From: a virus
Taxonomy: Duplodnaviria; Caudoviricetes
DNA: 53,976 bases
Virus record (IMG/VR): IMGVR_UViG_3300030329_005429
Span: 1 to 53,976 of that record
Direction: 5' to 3' (one strand)
This document shows, piece by piece, positions 17,074-28,300 of this stretch; position 1 is the stretch's first letter; each line of letters starts with the position of its first letter. The position numbers and the translations under genes were made by a program. The notes beneath the pieces were generated by a model. The model made no database searches, was not told the origin of the DNA, and was given only the letters and a program-made list of their open reading frames with translations.

Positions 17074-17691
17074 ATGTCAGGTATAGTTAGACCACAAAAA
17101 TCTGGTTCAGGAGGAGGAAGTTTTCTAGGATTTAAAGAGCTTGGAATAGTAAGCTTTGAAGATAAATCAAATAACTTCGATTGGGCAGATGTATATCTTA
17201 AAGTAGAAATGAAAGTAGAGGGAAGTCAGTATACAAGAAATTTATTTGTATCTGGCTCGCATGAAAAAGATGATAGTGGAAATATAATTGACAGTTCTTT
17301 ACTTAAAAGAATATATTACTTATTTGATGCAATTGGATTTCAAGGTGGATTAAACCTGAAAGGTCAATTTGTAGATGAAAAAGAAAATATAATCCCAGAT
17401 ATAGCAGGTTATCTAAATGATAACTTCGCTCCTAATCCTATAGAAGACCCATCAATGAGTCTTGTAGGCTATCTGTATAAAGAAGCTCCAAGAAAGAATG
17501 GAGATGGAAAAGTGTATAGTCGTATACATAACTTTCTTCAACCTAATACAGCAAAAGGCTTAGAGGTATTGAAAGATAGAATCCAGTTCCTAAAATCAAA
17601 GAACTTTATAAAAGAAGCTGATGAAACAACAATAAATGGAGTTCTACCAAAGAATGTAGAGATAGAAGGTGCTATAACAGAGCAGCTATAA
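17074..17691 (+). CDS. Putative single-stranded DNA-binding protein
   Basis: Between the Sak4-like ATPase and primase-helicase; beta-rich N-terminus; call is positional. Confidence 0.5.
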   Translation: MSGIVRPQKSGSGGGSFLGFKELGIVSFEDKSNNFDWADVYLKVEMKVEGSQYTRNLFVSGSHEKDDSGNIIDSSLLKRIYYLFDAIGFQGGLNLKGQFVDEKENIIPDIAGYLNDNFAPNPIEDPSMSLVGYLYKEAPRKNGDGKVYSRIHNFLQPNTAKGLEVLKDRIQFLKSKNFIKEADETTINGVLPKNVEIEGAITEQL

Positions 17692-19494
17692 ATGGAAAGG
17701 TTAATAGAAGTAGCGTATGGGCATCCCTCATCAAGAGGGGTGCTTGTACCAATAACTCAATTGCAATCCTATTTAAAACAAGCAATGGATGAGAATAAAT
17801 CTTTATATAGAAGTGTTTATCTATATGATGAAAATGTCTTAGAGCATATGCAGAAAGTAGGTAGTGTTAGAAAATATATGGGCCAAAGATATATTGACAA
17901 TGTTATAGTTGATATAGATAAAAAGGATAATTCAAATAATCAAACATTAAAAAATGCTAGAAATATCTTTTATAAAATAGTCAAAGCTGGCGCTCCATAT
18001 GATGCTATACTCCCTTTATTTAGTGGCTCTGGATATCATCTTTTATTATCAGGAAAGTTGTTTAGTTTTAAAGACTCTAAAGACCTACCTTATGTAGTGA
18101 AAAGTACAATGAACTCTTTATTAGGTAAAGATGTAGACCCTTCAGTTTATACAAGGACAGCTATATATAGAGTGTCACATACAATAAATAATAAAACTGG
18201 GTTATATAAAATACCTTTAAAGCATGAAGAGTTCTTAAATTCTGATGCCGATAGAATATTAGAGTTAGCAAAGACACCAAGAATAGAATTTAAATCAAAG
18301 AAATTAACATCAAAAGGCCAACTATTAACATTCGTTACAAAGAATGAAGATATCCCAAGTCTTAAATCATTTACAAATATAAGAGAACCTAAAAATATAG
18401 TTCCTTGTGTACAAACCCTTTACAATAAAGGACCAGAAGAAGGCAATAGAAATATGACAGCTATGCGTATAGCAAGCCATTTTAAAAGAAATGGAATACC
18501 GTCAGAAGCAACAAAAGCCGCTCTTATGCATTGGAATAAAGATTCATTAGAAAATGATTTCCTGATGGAAAGAGTGGAATCTGTATATAATAATGGTTAT
18601 AGATATGGATGTAATGATTCAATTTTAAAAGATAATTGCAATACAAGATGCATACATTTTAAAAGGAGGGACTATTTGGTGGATGTTAAAAACTCAAATC
18701 AATTACAAGAAGAGCTGCATAAACGAATGACAACTGATTTTACAGGAAGAGTAATAAAGCTGAGTAAATTATTAGGACTTCCTGATAAAGAAATAACAAT
18801 ATATCCAGGTGAATTAGTCACAATATTTGGACCAACAGGATGTAATAAAACAACCTTTGCCCAAAATCTTATATTAGGATATGATATGTTAAATGATAAA
18901 ATAATAGACGATAAAGTTCCAACTTTATTTTTATCTCTTGAATTATCAGATTGGTATATGCATAGAAGAAACCTGCAAATAGTAGCAAATAGAACAAAGC
19001 AACAAATAGATAGTAATTATGAGAAAATCTATAATGATAATAAGGATAAACTTGAACATGTAATGATTCAAACTGTATCTCCTACAATAGAACAAATTAA
19101 GGAGAAAATACGGGAATTAAATCCACTTTGTGTTGTTATTGATTATATAGACTTATTAGGCACTCCTGTCGGATATAAGGGCGAATATGAACAAATTAGA
19201 TACATATCGCATTCATTAAGTAATATGGCAGTGAACCTTGATATAATAATCATACAAATATCACAAGTATCAAGAGATTATTCAAGAAATGAAGTTTTAG
19301 ACCTTTATGCAGGAAAAGGCTCTGGAGCTATAGAAAATGCCTCAAGAAAAGTTATAGGCATTAATGGTAAGGCAAATTCAAATCAGAAAACAGTAGAAAT
19401 GTTTAAAAATAGTGATGGGGATTTGTTTAATGATGTTAAACTAGAATGGCTTCCGTCATTCAGATTAAGGAGGGTTAGTGAAAGTAACGATTGA
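17692..19494 (+). CDS. AEP primase/polymerase - PriCT - DnaB-like helicase fusion
   Basis: AEP motifs VDID, SGSGYH, RVSHTIN; PriCT EGNRN; helicase GPTGCNKT, LSLE, VIDYIDL, ISQVSR, GSGAIE. Confidence 0.88.
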   Translation: MERLIEVAYGHPSSRGVLVPITQLQSYLKQAMDENKSLYRSVYLYDENVLEHMQKVGSVRKYMGQRYIDNVIVDIDKKDNSNNQTLKNARNIFYKIVKAGAPYDAILPLFSGSGYHLLLSGKLFSFKDSKDLPYVVKSTMNSLLGKDVDPSVYTRTAIYRVSHTINNKTGLYKIPLKHEEFLNSDADRILELAKTPRIEFKSKKLTSKGQLLTFVTKNEDIPSLKSFTNIREPKNIVPCVQTLYNKGPEEGNRNMTAMRIASHFKRNGIPSEATKAALMHWNKDSLENDFLMERVESVYNNGYRYGCNDSILKDNCNTRCIHFKRRDYLVDVKNSNQLQEELHKRMTTDFTGRVIKLSKLLGLPDKEITIYPGELVTIFGPTGCNKTTFAQNLILGYDMLNDKIIDDKVPTLFLSLELSDWYMHRRNLQIVANRTKQQIDSNYEKIYNDNKDKLEHVMIQTVSPTIEQIKEKIRELNPLCVVIDYIDLLGTPVGYKGEYEQIRYISHSLSNMAVNLDIIIIQISQVSRDYSRNEVLDLYAGKGSGAIENASRKVIGINGKANSNQKTVEMFKNSDGDLFNDVKLEWLPSFRLRRVSESND

Positions 19495-19714
19495 TTTGCC
19501 AGATGAAGACTACCTATTATTGAAAACAAGAGCAGCAAAAGAAATGCGTTCAATAAGAGCTCAGGTAGCTTATGATATAAGAGAAGCTGTAAATAAAGAT
19601 ATTTCAGATAGGAAAGAATGGCGAAAAATGAATAATGAAGCAGCTAAATTTGCTAAAAAGACTCTTTTGGATACAATGACACAAGAATCTGTCGGTCCTA
19701 TGGAGAAATTATGA
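19478..19714 (+). CDS. Ribbon-helix-helix (Arc-like) DNA-binding protein
   Basis: VTIDLPDEDYLLLKTRAAKEMRSIRAQV matches the RHH pattern. Confidence 0.7.
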   Translation: MKVTIDLPDEDYLLLKTRAAKEMRSIRAQVAYDIREAVNKDISDRKEWRKMNNEAAKFAKKTLLDTMTQESVGPMEKL

Positions 19715-20244
19715 GCACAACAAAGGAACTAGTAGGCGAATACATCGATATAGAAATAAGAAAGGAGTACGCAGAAAGTCTTCAAGAAAGAAACGAATGC
19801 GATAATGCTCTCCAGGTAATACAAACAAAGCTAAAGAAGAAGGTTAAAGGTATAGACCATATAGTTATGGAAATGGATAAGAAATTAGCACTTGTAGTTG
19901 CTGAAGAAGATATTATATCCAAAGAAATAGCCAGATTAAAGAGAAGAAAAAATGCTATAAAAAGAAGTAAAGGATATTTCAATGAGGTTCTTTTACCAAT
20001 AGTAATAAAAGAAGTAGGTCAAAATGGAGTATTCGAAACTGAAACAGCAAAATATAAGTTATATGAAACATATGGAAAAGTAGATGTTAATGAAATAGAA
20101 TGTCCTAAAGACTATCTAAAAATCAGGATGGTTGAAGATATAGATAGAAAGAAAGCCAGAGCTGATGCCATAACAGCTCATAAAGAAGGCAAAGAGATAC
20201 CTGGTGTTAAAATAGCACTAGTAGAAAGAGTTAGAAGAACTTGA
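19711..20244 (+). CDS. Siphovirus Gp157-like protein
   Basis: Coiled coil EIARLKRRK, then CPKDY...IDRKK...GKEIPGV. Confidence 0.75.
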   Translation: MSTTKELVGEYIDIEIRKEYAESLQERNECDNALQVIQTKLKKKVKGIDHIVMEMDKKLALVVAEEDIISKEIARLKRRKNAIKRSKGYFNEVLLPIVIKEVGQNGVFETETAKYKLYETYGKVDVNEIECPKDYLKIRMVEDIDRKKARADAITAHKEGKEIPGVKIALVERVRRT

Positions 20245-20435
20245 TAAAAACATATAATAAAGATGGATGTAGTTATATATGTTTATTCAATTCATTAATA
20301 ATAGGATGTGCAAGGCAAGTAGATATTAATATTGGTAAAACAATACTTATTAATGTCTCATTATGGCAATTAGGCTTTAGCATATCATTTCATAAGTACG
20401 AAGAAAACGGAGGTAAAGTGTATGGCGAATCGTAG
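20241..20435 (+). CDS. Hypothetical protein
   Basis: TTGA-coupled ORF, 64 aa. Confidence 0.55.
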   Translation: MIKTYNKDGCSYICLFNSLIIGCARQVDINIGKTILINVSLWQLGFSISFHKYEENGGKVYGES

Positions 20436-20637
20436 AAAATCTCAGCTAAAAAAGATACTAAATCATTTGCAAAAAGTAGGATATATAAATCCACTTCAAG
20501 CATTGAATAAGTATGGATGCTTTAGATTATCTGCTGTAATATACTCATTAAGAGAAGCAGGGCATAATATTATTACCAAAAATATGAAAAATAAGCATGG
20601 TAATAATTATGCAAGATATGAGTATGATGCAAGTTAA
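20422..20637 (+). CDS. Winged helix-turn-helix protein
   Basis: ILNHL...INPLQALNKYGCFRLSAVIYSLREAGHNI is a typical phage HTH. Confidence 0.85.
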   Translation: MANRRKSQLKKILNHLQKVGYINPLQALNKYGCFRLSAVIYSLREAGHNIITKNMKNKHGNNYARYEYDAS

Positions 20638-20669
20638 CCTTGCTTTGAATGCGTATTAAATCGTAAAAT

Positions 20670-20746
20670 ATAAATGGAGAGACTGCTAGTTTATTTACTA
20701 TTGTTCATTAATAATACCTTTATATAGAGCAGTCTCTTCTATTTAT
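20670..20746 (+). promoter_or_regulatory. 18-bp hairpin occluding the HNH start codon
   Basis: ATAAATGGAGAGACTGCT pairs with AGCAGTCTCTTCTATTTAT (one bulge, one G-U); the 3' arm includes the AT of ATG 20745. Confidence 0.6.
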
Positions 20747-21203
20747 GAGACAAAAAAGAATACTACATTGGGAAAAGAAATTTCAAAGAAAATTAAAAAG
20801 ATTTCATAAAAACTTTTGGAAAAGAGCTTTTGGAAAAATCATCAAAAAAAGCTCTAACCTTAGAACATCATTAAAGAGGAGAAGTCGTGAGTATAATACG
20901 CTTTTTAAAATCAGCCTTGAGGAAATCCGTGAAATTATATATAAATACTACGGTAAAGGCTGTAATTATTGTGGGTGCACTCTTACCGTGGCTAATATTG
21001 TTTGCGACCATATACAGCCTATATCTAATGGCGGAGACAGCACTCCAAGTAATCTTCAAATAATATGTAGAAGATGTAATATCAGGAAAGGTAATTTATC
21101 CCATAAAGACTTTAAAAGAGTATTGAAGTGGATAAATAAACAACCAGAAGATGTAAAAAAGTATATTTTAAGAAAACTATCGAAAGGAGATAACTTCAGA
21201 TAA
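20745..21203 (+). CDS. HNH endonuclease
   Basis: CNYCG, DHIQPISNGG, NLQIICRRCNIRKG. Confidence 0.92.
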   Translation: MRQKRILHWEKKFQRKLKRFHKNFWKRAFGKIIKKSSNLRTSLKRRSREYNTLFKISLEEIREIIYKYYGKGCNYCGCTLTVANIVCDHIQPISNGGDSTPSNLQIICRRCNIRKGNLSHKDFKRVLKWINKQPEDVKKYILRKLSKGDNFR

Positions 21204-21316
21204 TGAGTGATTTAGATAAATTCAAAAAAATAGTTGAAAAACTAATAGGACCTCTGGGATTAACAACTTCAAAGAAAGTTAAAAAGAAAAGAGGAAGACC
21301 AAGGAAGAAAAAATGA
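21203..21316 (+). CDS. 37-aa AT-hook peptide (not in ORF track)
   Basis: TAATG coupling and AAGGAG upstream; MSDLDKFKKIVEKLIGPLGLTTSKKVKKKRGRPRKKK; ATGA-coupled to next gene. Confidence 0.7.
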   Translation: MSDLDKFKKIVEKLIGPLGLTTSKKVKKKRGRPRKKK

Positions 21317-21531
21317 ATTATTTTAAAAATACTAATTACTTTAACAATTCAACAAAAAAGAAAAGCTATAAAAGAGAACTTATATACACTCCAGAATATA
21401 GCACTTTCACAACACATCAAAGACATAACGCTTGTGCAGAGAAAGCATCAGGAAAAGGTACAGATGGTTATTGTTGGTGGATAGAAAAATGGTTGAAAAT
21501 GTATCCGACAGAGAATGCATTTAAGGTATAA
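21313..21531 (+). CDS. Hypothetical protein
   Basis: ATGA-coupled ORF, 72 aa. Confidence 0.65.
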   Translation: MNYFKNTNYFNNSTKKKSYKRELIYTPEYSTFTTHQRHNACAEKASGKGTDGYCWWIEKWLKMYPTENAFKV

Positions 21532-21724
21532 AGGAAAAGGTTATTTAGATTGCAATGTATGTGGAAAACAAACAAATCAAATATATGGCTATAAACCACA
21601 CAAAGCAATTATAAACCTATTGAATGAATCAGAACAAAAAGAAAAAGATATATGTGAACTATGCGCAAGAAGAGAAATTGGGCCCAAAAATAAAGCTTGG
21701 CCTGATATAAAAAGAAAAATATAA
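21515..21724 (+). CDS. Zinc-finger protein, last early gene
   Basis: CNVC ... ICELC. Confidence 0.7.
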   Translation: MHLRYKGKGYLDCNVCGKQTNQIYGYKPHKAIINLLNESEQKEKDICELCARREIGPKNKAWPDIKRKI

Positions 21725-21815
21725 AAAAATTGAGCAGGTACGCTTCTTATAACACTTAAAAAACGCACAATAAGTATAGCAACTTTCAACCTTATCCGAC
21801 TAGCTACCTGCTCAA
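21722..21815 (-). terminator. Long-loop stem at the convergence of both arms
   Basis: TTGAGCAGGTA (21730-21740) / TACCTGCTCAA (21805-21815), followed on the - strand by a T tract. Confidence 0.45.
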
Positions 21816-21882
21816 CTGCCAATAAAGACAGCAAAGAACAACAGCTAAAAAATATTAAAAATATTTATACAGGGAGGCAAAA

Positions 21883-22215
21883 TTAGTCTCTAATTCCCCT
21901 TTTTACAGGTTTTGCGAATGCTGCTTTATGGATAGCTTTATAAAGAGAGGATTGCAAATCGTCTTTTCCTTTTGTCATTTTAAAAACAATAGTTCTAAGC
22001 CTATCAACATTATCTCTATTCATAGTAGCTCTAGCTGTTCTTATAACACCACTTATATCCGTTCCCTCTCTATTTGCTTTGCCTTGCAAGAATCTCCTTG
22101 CTTTATCGGTAAATTGAGCGCTTAATGGTATTATAGGCCTACCAGCTCTATCAGTTCTATAAGTAACACCCTTTTTTAAGGCGTTTAATACTAATCGTGC
22201 AGTACTTAATTTCAT
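21883..22215 (-). CDS. Basic hypothetical protein, last late gene
   Basis: GGAG SD; Arg/Lys-rich, 110 aa. Confidence 0.75.
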   Translation of the reverse strand: MKLSTARLVLNALKKGVTYRTDRAGRPIIPLSAQFTDKARRFLQGKANREGTDISGVIRTARATMNRDNVDRLRTIVFKMTKGKDDLQSSLYKAIHKAAFAKPVKRGIRD

Positions 22216-22370
22216 AATTTACTCCAAATAATTTTTATAATAAATAAGAAAATAACAGCTCCTAATACAGAAAAAACATCAACAATATGATTTCCACTAT
22301 CACTAGATATTGTTCCTACAGGAGTTTCTATAGTAAATTCCCTATCTTCTGTAAATTCTTTATTTACCAT
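22212..22370 (-). CDS. Small membrane-anchored protein (52 aa, not in ORF track)
   Basis: TAATG and ATGA coupling on both sides; IETPVGTISSDSGNHIVDVFSVLGAVIFLFII. Confidence 0.7.
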   Translation of the reverse strand: MVNKEFTEDREFTIETPVGTISSDSGNHIVDVFSVLGAVIFLFIIKIIWSKL

Positions 22371-25300
22371 TATTCTTCCTCTCTTTGCTCTTTTACAAAT
22401 TTATGCATTTTAATATATGGGAAGCCAGTCATTCTTTCTACAGTTTGTATAGGATTTTCAGCAGCTATTTTAACATCTCTTGCAAACCTACCAAAAGGCA
22501 ACATTGTCATTGCATAGTAATCTCCCATCCTACTCCAATCGTCATCTAATAAGGCTTTAAATGTAGGAGGCAATAATCTTAAAGCTGGAGGTGTTACCAT
22601 CTGTAAAGGAGCTATTGCTTTAGGGTATGCTCCAAAGAAAGCCCTGTCCCTCTCTTTTTCATCTCCAAATATCCAATCAGAAAAATCTTGAAACCAATTT
22701 AAAGGAGCAGGAAGAGTATTCTCAAAGATACTATATGTAAATACATTAGCCAAAGCAAACAACATCATATCTGTAGACATTACTCTTTTAAATCTTTCAA
22801 ATTCCATTGTTCCTTTTTGATACCCTCTTTCAGCCGCTTCTTTATATACCATATTCCTAAAAGCAACCGAGTTCCAGGCCCATAATTGAAACCTAGAAAC
22901 TATTTTACCTAAAGAAGTAGCAGCAAAAGCAGGCCTATTGGCTGCATTGTATAAAAATTGAGTATCTTTTACACCTCTTTTTGCCCACCATATTAAAAAT
23001 GGATGTTCAGCTGAATCTACAGCCCCTTTAAACATATCTTTAGCTTGTATATAATGAGCTAAGAAAGAGTCTCTTCTTAATCTTCTTTCTGAAACTCTCA
23101 TAAAGTAAGCTGCTTTATTAAATAATGAATCAGACAACCCAGAACGCTTCCAAACCTCTTTTAAAGTTTTGTCTTTAACAGATGGGTCTTTCTTTATCTT
23201 TTTAACTAACATTTCAAGGCCTTCTTTTACCTTTTTATCTTTAGCGTAATCAGATAATCCAATTTCTTTCCTTAAAAACTCTTCAATAATACCTAAACTT
23301 TCAACCCATTTATAAGTATCCTCTAAAGATTTCCATTTTGTATTTATATTATCGCTTAACCATTTTATATCTCTTGTTTTATTCCAATGTCTTAATCCAA
23401 CAGATTGAACTGTCATTGTAGTACCACCAAATATATTAGCAATAGCAGTTTTAGGATGAGCTAATAATGTTGCCAATTGATATTTAGCTTCTAAATTAGA
23501 CCAATGTTTTAACTTGTCATAAGTCATAATATCTTGTAACTCAGGAGGTAAATCTTTATTACCTAATCCCATTTTCTTTGCTATTTTGTTTATTCTATTT
23601 TTAACAGTAGAATCAGCAAACCAATAGTAAGGTGTTCCCTTTAATGCCATTTTAGGATTATTTACCATATAATCAGGAAGAATATCAGGAAAACCCATTG
23701 ACCTATTAACAAAAAGCTTATAATGATTAGTCCAGGCATCTATATTATCCCAAGCACTCTTATCTGTTATTTTTCCATTTTTATCTGTATATTTCATTTT
23801 ACCTGATTTTTCAAAATTATCAACTATCATCCTTGATAATATCTGAGATGCATTTTTATAATAAGCATCCATAACATTATTCGCATATTTCTCAATAGCA
23901 GCAGGACTCCTATCATAACCAGGTATATGCAATTCTCTTGCCATTTGATGTCCTGATTTCACTACAGATTTATCATAATCAATAATATCAGCAGTTTTAT
24001 CTTTTATTTTTTGAACTATATCATCATATATTCCCCATTGCTTCCAAGTTTCAAGACTAAAATCATCTGTAATATTTCTCATCTTAAGAGATAAAGCAGC
24101 AGCTTTAGAGATTAAACCTTCTTTAGTTGTTTTAGTATAATTCTTATTAGCCAAATCATCCATAGCAGATTGAAGTGCTTTCTCAATATGCTTTCCTTCA
24201 AAATTTACATGAGGAAAGAAATCTTTTCTATATTTAGTTCCCATTTCCTCTAATCTTCTTCTTAATGCAGATTGTAATTTAGGATTCCTAGTCATCTTTA
24301 ATTGTAAGTGAGTTCCAATCCTGTTCATACCATCAACACCAATATCTAATACTTTATCTATTGCTATATTCTCTTTTATAGCGTCCATCATATCTTTAGT
24401 GAATAATTCTAATCTAGCTTGTTCAATACCATTTTCATCTCTATATATATATTTAGATAAAGTTTTAGGATTACCTCTTAACCATTTATTGTAAATATTA
24501 TCAGTAGTTTTTGAATAAAGTTTGTTAATTTCATCCATAATCTGCTGACCAGTCATTTCTTTTGTTTTACTACCAAACCTTACATTGAATACTTTCTTAT
24601 CTACTGCAGCTATCCTTTTTAAAATCTTATCCTGTAACTTTCCATCTTTAACTCCATAAGTCCTTGCTTTTGCATTCATAGATAAATCAGAAGCTTTAAA
24701 AGCATCTAATTTCAATCCAACAGGAAGTTCTCTTTGATATGCTGCTAATTCAGCTAATTCCTGACCTTCTGTTATTGCATTTAAAAATTGGAGTTTATCT
24801 CTAAAAATATCTTCTTGCCTTCTTTTTTCATGCATAGCAAAATCACCTAAATTAGTGATAGCATAGTTTAATTGTCCCATAGCATGAGCAGGTTCATATA
24901 TAATACCTGTTTCAGCCTTTCTATCTAATGGATTCCAAAACATTCCAATTCTTTCTACTAGCTTAAAATCCTTTCTTAACCAGGCTTTATCAGAAGTCAT
25001 TGGAAATGTATTATAAAAATATTTACTTAAAATAGGGTCACCTTTAGTCCATTTTACAAATTGCTTTCCAAGCCAACCTAAATGCTGTCCTGAACGCCTT
25101 GAACCTAATAAATGATTAAAAGCTCTCATATCCTCAATAGTCATTGCATCAGGAGATTTTAAGAATAAATTCTTCATATAACCTTCAACTTTAAGCCCAA
25201 TACTCGGCCCGTAAAAATCTAAATGGTCTAATATTTCATTATATAATCTTTGATTCTCGCTAGATAACGGGACTCTTTTTTGATTTTTATTCTCAGCAAC

Positions 25301-28300
25301 TCTTCTAAATGCTGGTATCTTATCTAAAGCTCTAAGAGTTTCTAATTTAGCCTCTCTCCCCTCACCTAAATCTGCCTTTACACTTGTATCTTCAACTTTA
25401 ACATCAACAGGCTCACTCATTCTTCTTGATATTTCTAATAAATCTTTCTTTAATGATTCTGATATAGGGTCTGTAGTCTCATTAAAAAGTTTTTTATAAT
25501 TATCCCAATATTCACTTACCATTCTATCTGATATAGACTTACTTGAAAAGCCCAATCTATTTACACCAGTAGCATTTATATTCTTTCCTGATGTTTCCAT
25601 AGCAATTTCTTCAATAAAGCTTTTATCTTTTTTATTTCTCAGTCCATAAAATGTCTTTAATTCGTTTGCATATGGTATTCTGAATCCACTTAATAATAAT
25701 GCATCAAAAGCATCCTGTTCTAAATCTGTTAAACTTTCTTTGTATTTACTAATAGCAGCATCTGTTTCTGCTTGATTAACTGACCTTGTTCTTTTAGGGA
25801 GTGGTGTTTCAGACTCTATAGTATATTCAATCTTTGCTTTATCTAAGGCTTCTTTTTGTGCTTGATTTATATTTGAAACCTCTCCTTTTTTATCCTTTAT
25901 AACATATTCATAAGAACCTTCACTTTCTCTATTTAGTAAATAACTATCTTTACTAATAGCATCTGCTTCTAATGCGAGTTCTTGAAGTTTTTCCTTTGGT
26001 AATTGTCTCCAATACTCTATCCCTGTTTTATAGCCTGTCATAACAGATAAATCATTACTAAAAAAATCTTCACCCTGTTTTAATTTATCACCCTCTAATC
26101 TTCCTTGTAAAAACCTAGCTATATTTTTATTAAAAGGAACTACAAATCCTCCCCTATAAAATGCATTAGCTATCTTTTTATTTTCAGGTCTTCTAACCTC
26201 TTCATTGTAATCAGTATAAAGTTGTTGAACAGAATCTAAATTTACCCTTTTTTGATAACCATCTTGCCAATCGACATCTTTCAAAGTATCTGCTTGTTTT
26301 GATATAAAAGATATTCTAGAATCAGCAGGAATATTGTTTATAAAACCAGCTTTTTCTTTTCTTTCATGATATCGCCATTGTCTGTTATTAGCTATGTCCT
26401 TACCATAGTATGCTGTATTTATGTTTGAATAATTTTGAACAGCTTTTCTCTTCATAAATGATGTAACTTTATCTGTTCGCATTTTACCTGTTTTATTTTT
26501 AGCAGATGTCACTTCAAAAAGAGAGTCAAACATTCTAGAGTAATATAACTCAGGATTTACTATACCTATTTCATCTAATGGGTCAGAAGGAAAAGCAATA
26601 GATGCTCTTAATTTTTCTAATGCTTTTTTCAAAGCAGTTTTTTCAGTCTTTAATTTTACAGTAAATGTCGTCTTATTCTTATCTCCAACATCTATATCAA
26701 AAGTCTTACTCTCAGAATCAGCTAATTCATTTATTTTGTCGGTATATAAAGCTATTAAATTTTGCTTCGCAACCACAGCAGGCCCCAATCTATTACGACC
26801 ATCTGCAGCTATATCAGATATAGTTTTTCTATGATTCATAGAATACATAAGAGAAGGGCTTCTTCTTAGATTTATATTTGAACCTGTAGTTACAGTAAAG
26901 TCTTTTCTGTAACCTTCCTTATTATCAGATACTCCTTCATACCAATCGTCTGGATTGATTTTTTTATCCTTAGAAAGTTGACTAAACTCTTCAGGAGTCA
27001 ATACATCTTTCTTGCCTTTTTGACCATATTGAGATTTCTTATAATATCTTAAAAACTCATCTTTATTTTGATTGTATACATCTTTATATTTACTCTTAAC
27101 ATCCATAAAGAGCCACATTTTATCACCATCAGCATCAGCTCCACCAAGCTTTCTCATTATCTCCCCATGTATCAATCCTCCAAAGCCTTTTCTACCAGTG
27201 AATCCACCAAATTTTAATGCAGCAGTTCCACTAATAGAATCAATAGGAACTCTTGTAGTTAAGGCTTCAAAGAATTTAGGTATTTCTTCTTTTAAAACAG
27301 GATTGGTAGTTTTATTGTATAAATCCCAAAGTTCACCTAGATTCCTTGTTCCCCTTATAGAATCTATTTGAGATTTTAAGATTCCAGAGGCCTCTAATGT
27401 TGCTATTAAATTATCATAATTATGCTTTTTATGCCTATGTCCATCATCTAGAAAGTAAATATCTTTTTCTGTTTGAAGTCTTTTTGTTAAGGGATTATCT
27501 TGAAATTCATAATCATATACACGCATTCTAGAAGCTACTGAATTAGGCACTTTAGGTCTAGTGACCTGATGAACTATATAATTCTTTAAAATAGCCTCTC
27601 TATAAGGATTGTTCATTTTATTTAAGAATACAGAGATATGGTCTCCAGCTAATGATAAATTTCTATCACTAACTGAAGTATACTCATTCATTTCTTTCAT
27701 TACATCAGTATATTCTCTTTCACTTTTTTCACCTTCCTCAATAGCCATAGATTCAGCATCTTTATTGATTCTTAGCATTTTTCTATATACTTCTACTTGA
27801 AAATCTCCAAATCCAGGCTCTGTTAATGCTTCTGCTAATTCTGAAGCCCCTATTTTTTCTATATTATCAATTAAAGGTTTCATTAATTTAGGGTCTTTAC
27901 TAGCAAGGTATTCTGAAAGCATTTTATTATACCTATCTTCTCCCTTAAAAGACTTCAAATTATAATCTGTGAAAAATTCATTTATAATTTCAGGTGTAAC
28001 GCCTGGAGAAATAGTCGATAAAGTAGAACCTATTTGCTTTGGCAATCTTTGGTCTTTATTCCCTGATTTTGAAGATACAACCTCTGATAATATAACTCTC
28101 AAATCTTTTGAATTAACTTGGAACATATAATCTCTCATAAGTTGTTCTTGTGAGACATCAAAACGCTTTCCTTTGGCATCATAATCCCAAAATTCAAATT
28201 TACCATCTTTCATTTTACCAAAAACACCTTTTCTACTTCCATATTGCTTAGCTGATGTGGTAGGTAGCATTTGATGCAACCCTAAAGATTCCATAGCTTT

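Noticed and set aside
9295-22517. Antisense ORFs in the early arm and at 21928-22125 and 22287-22517
   Set aside because: They overlap better-supported genes on the operon strand and have shadow-like composition
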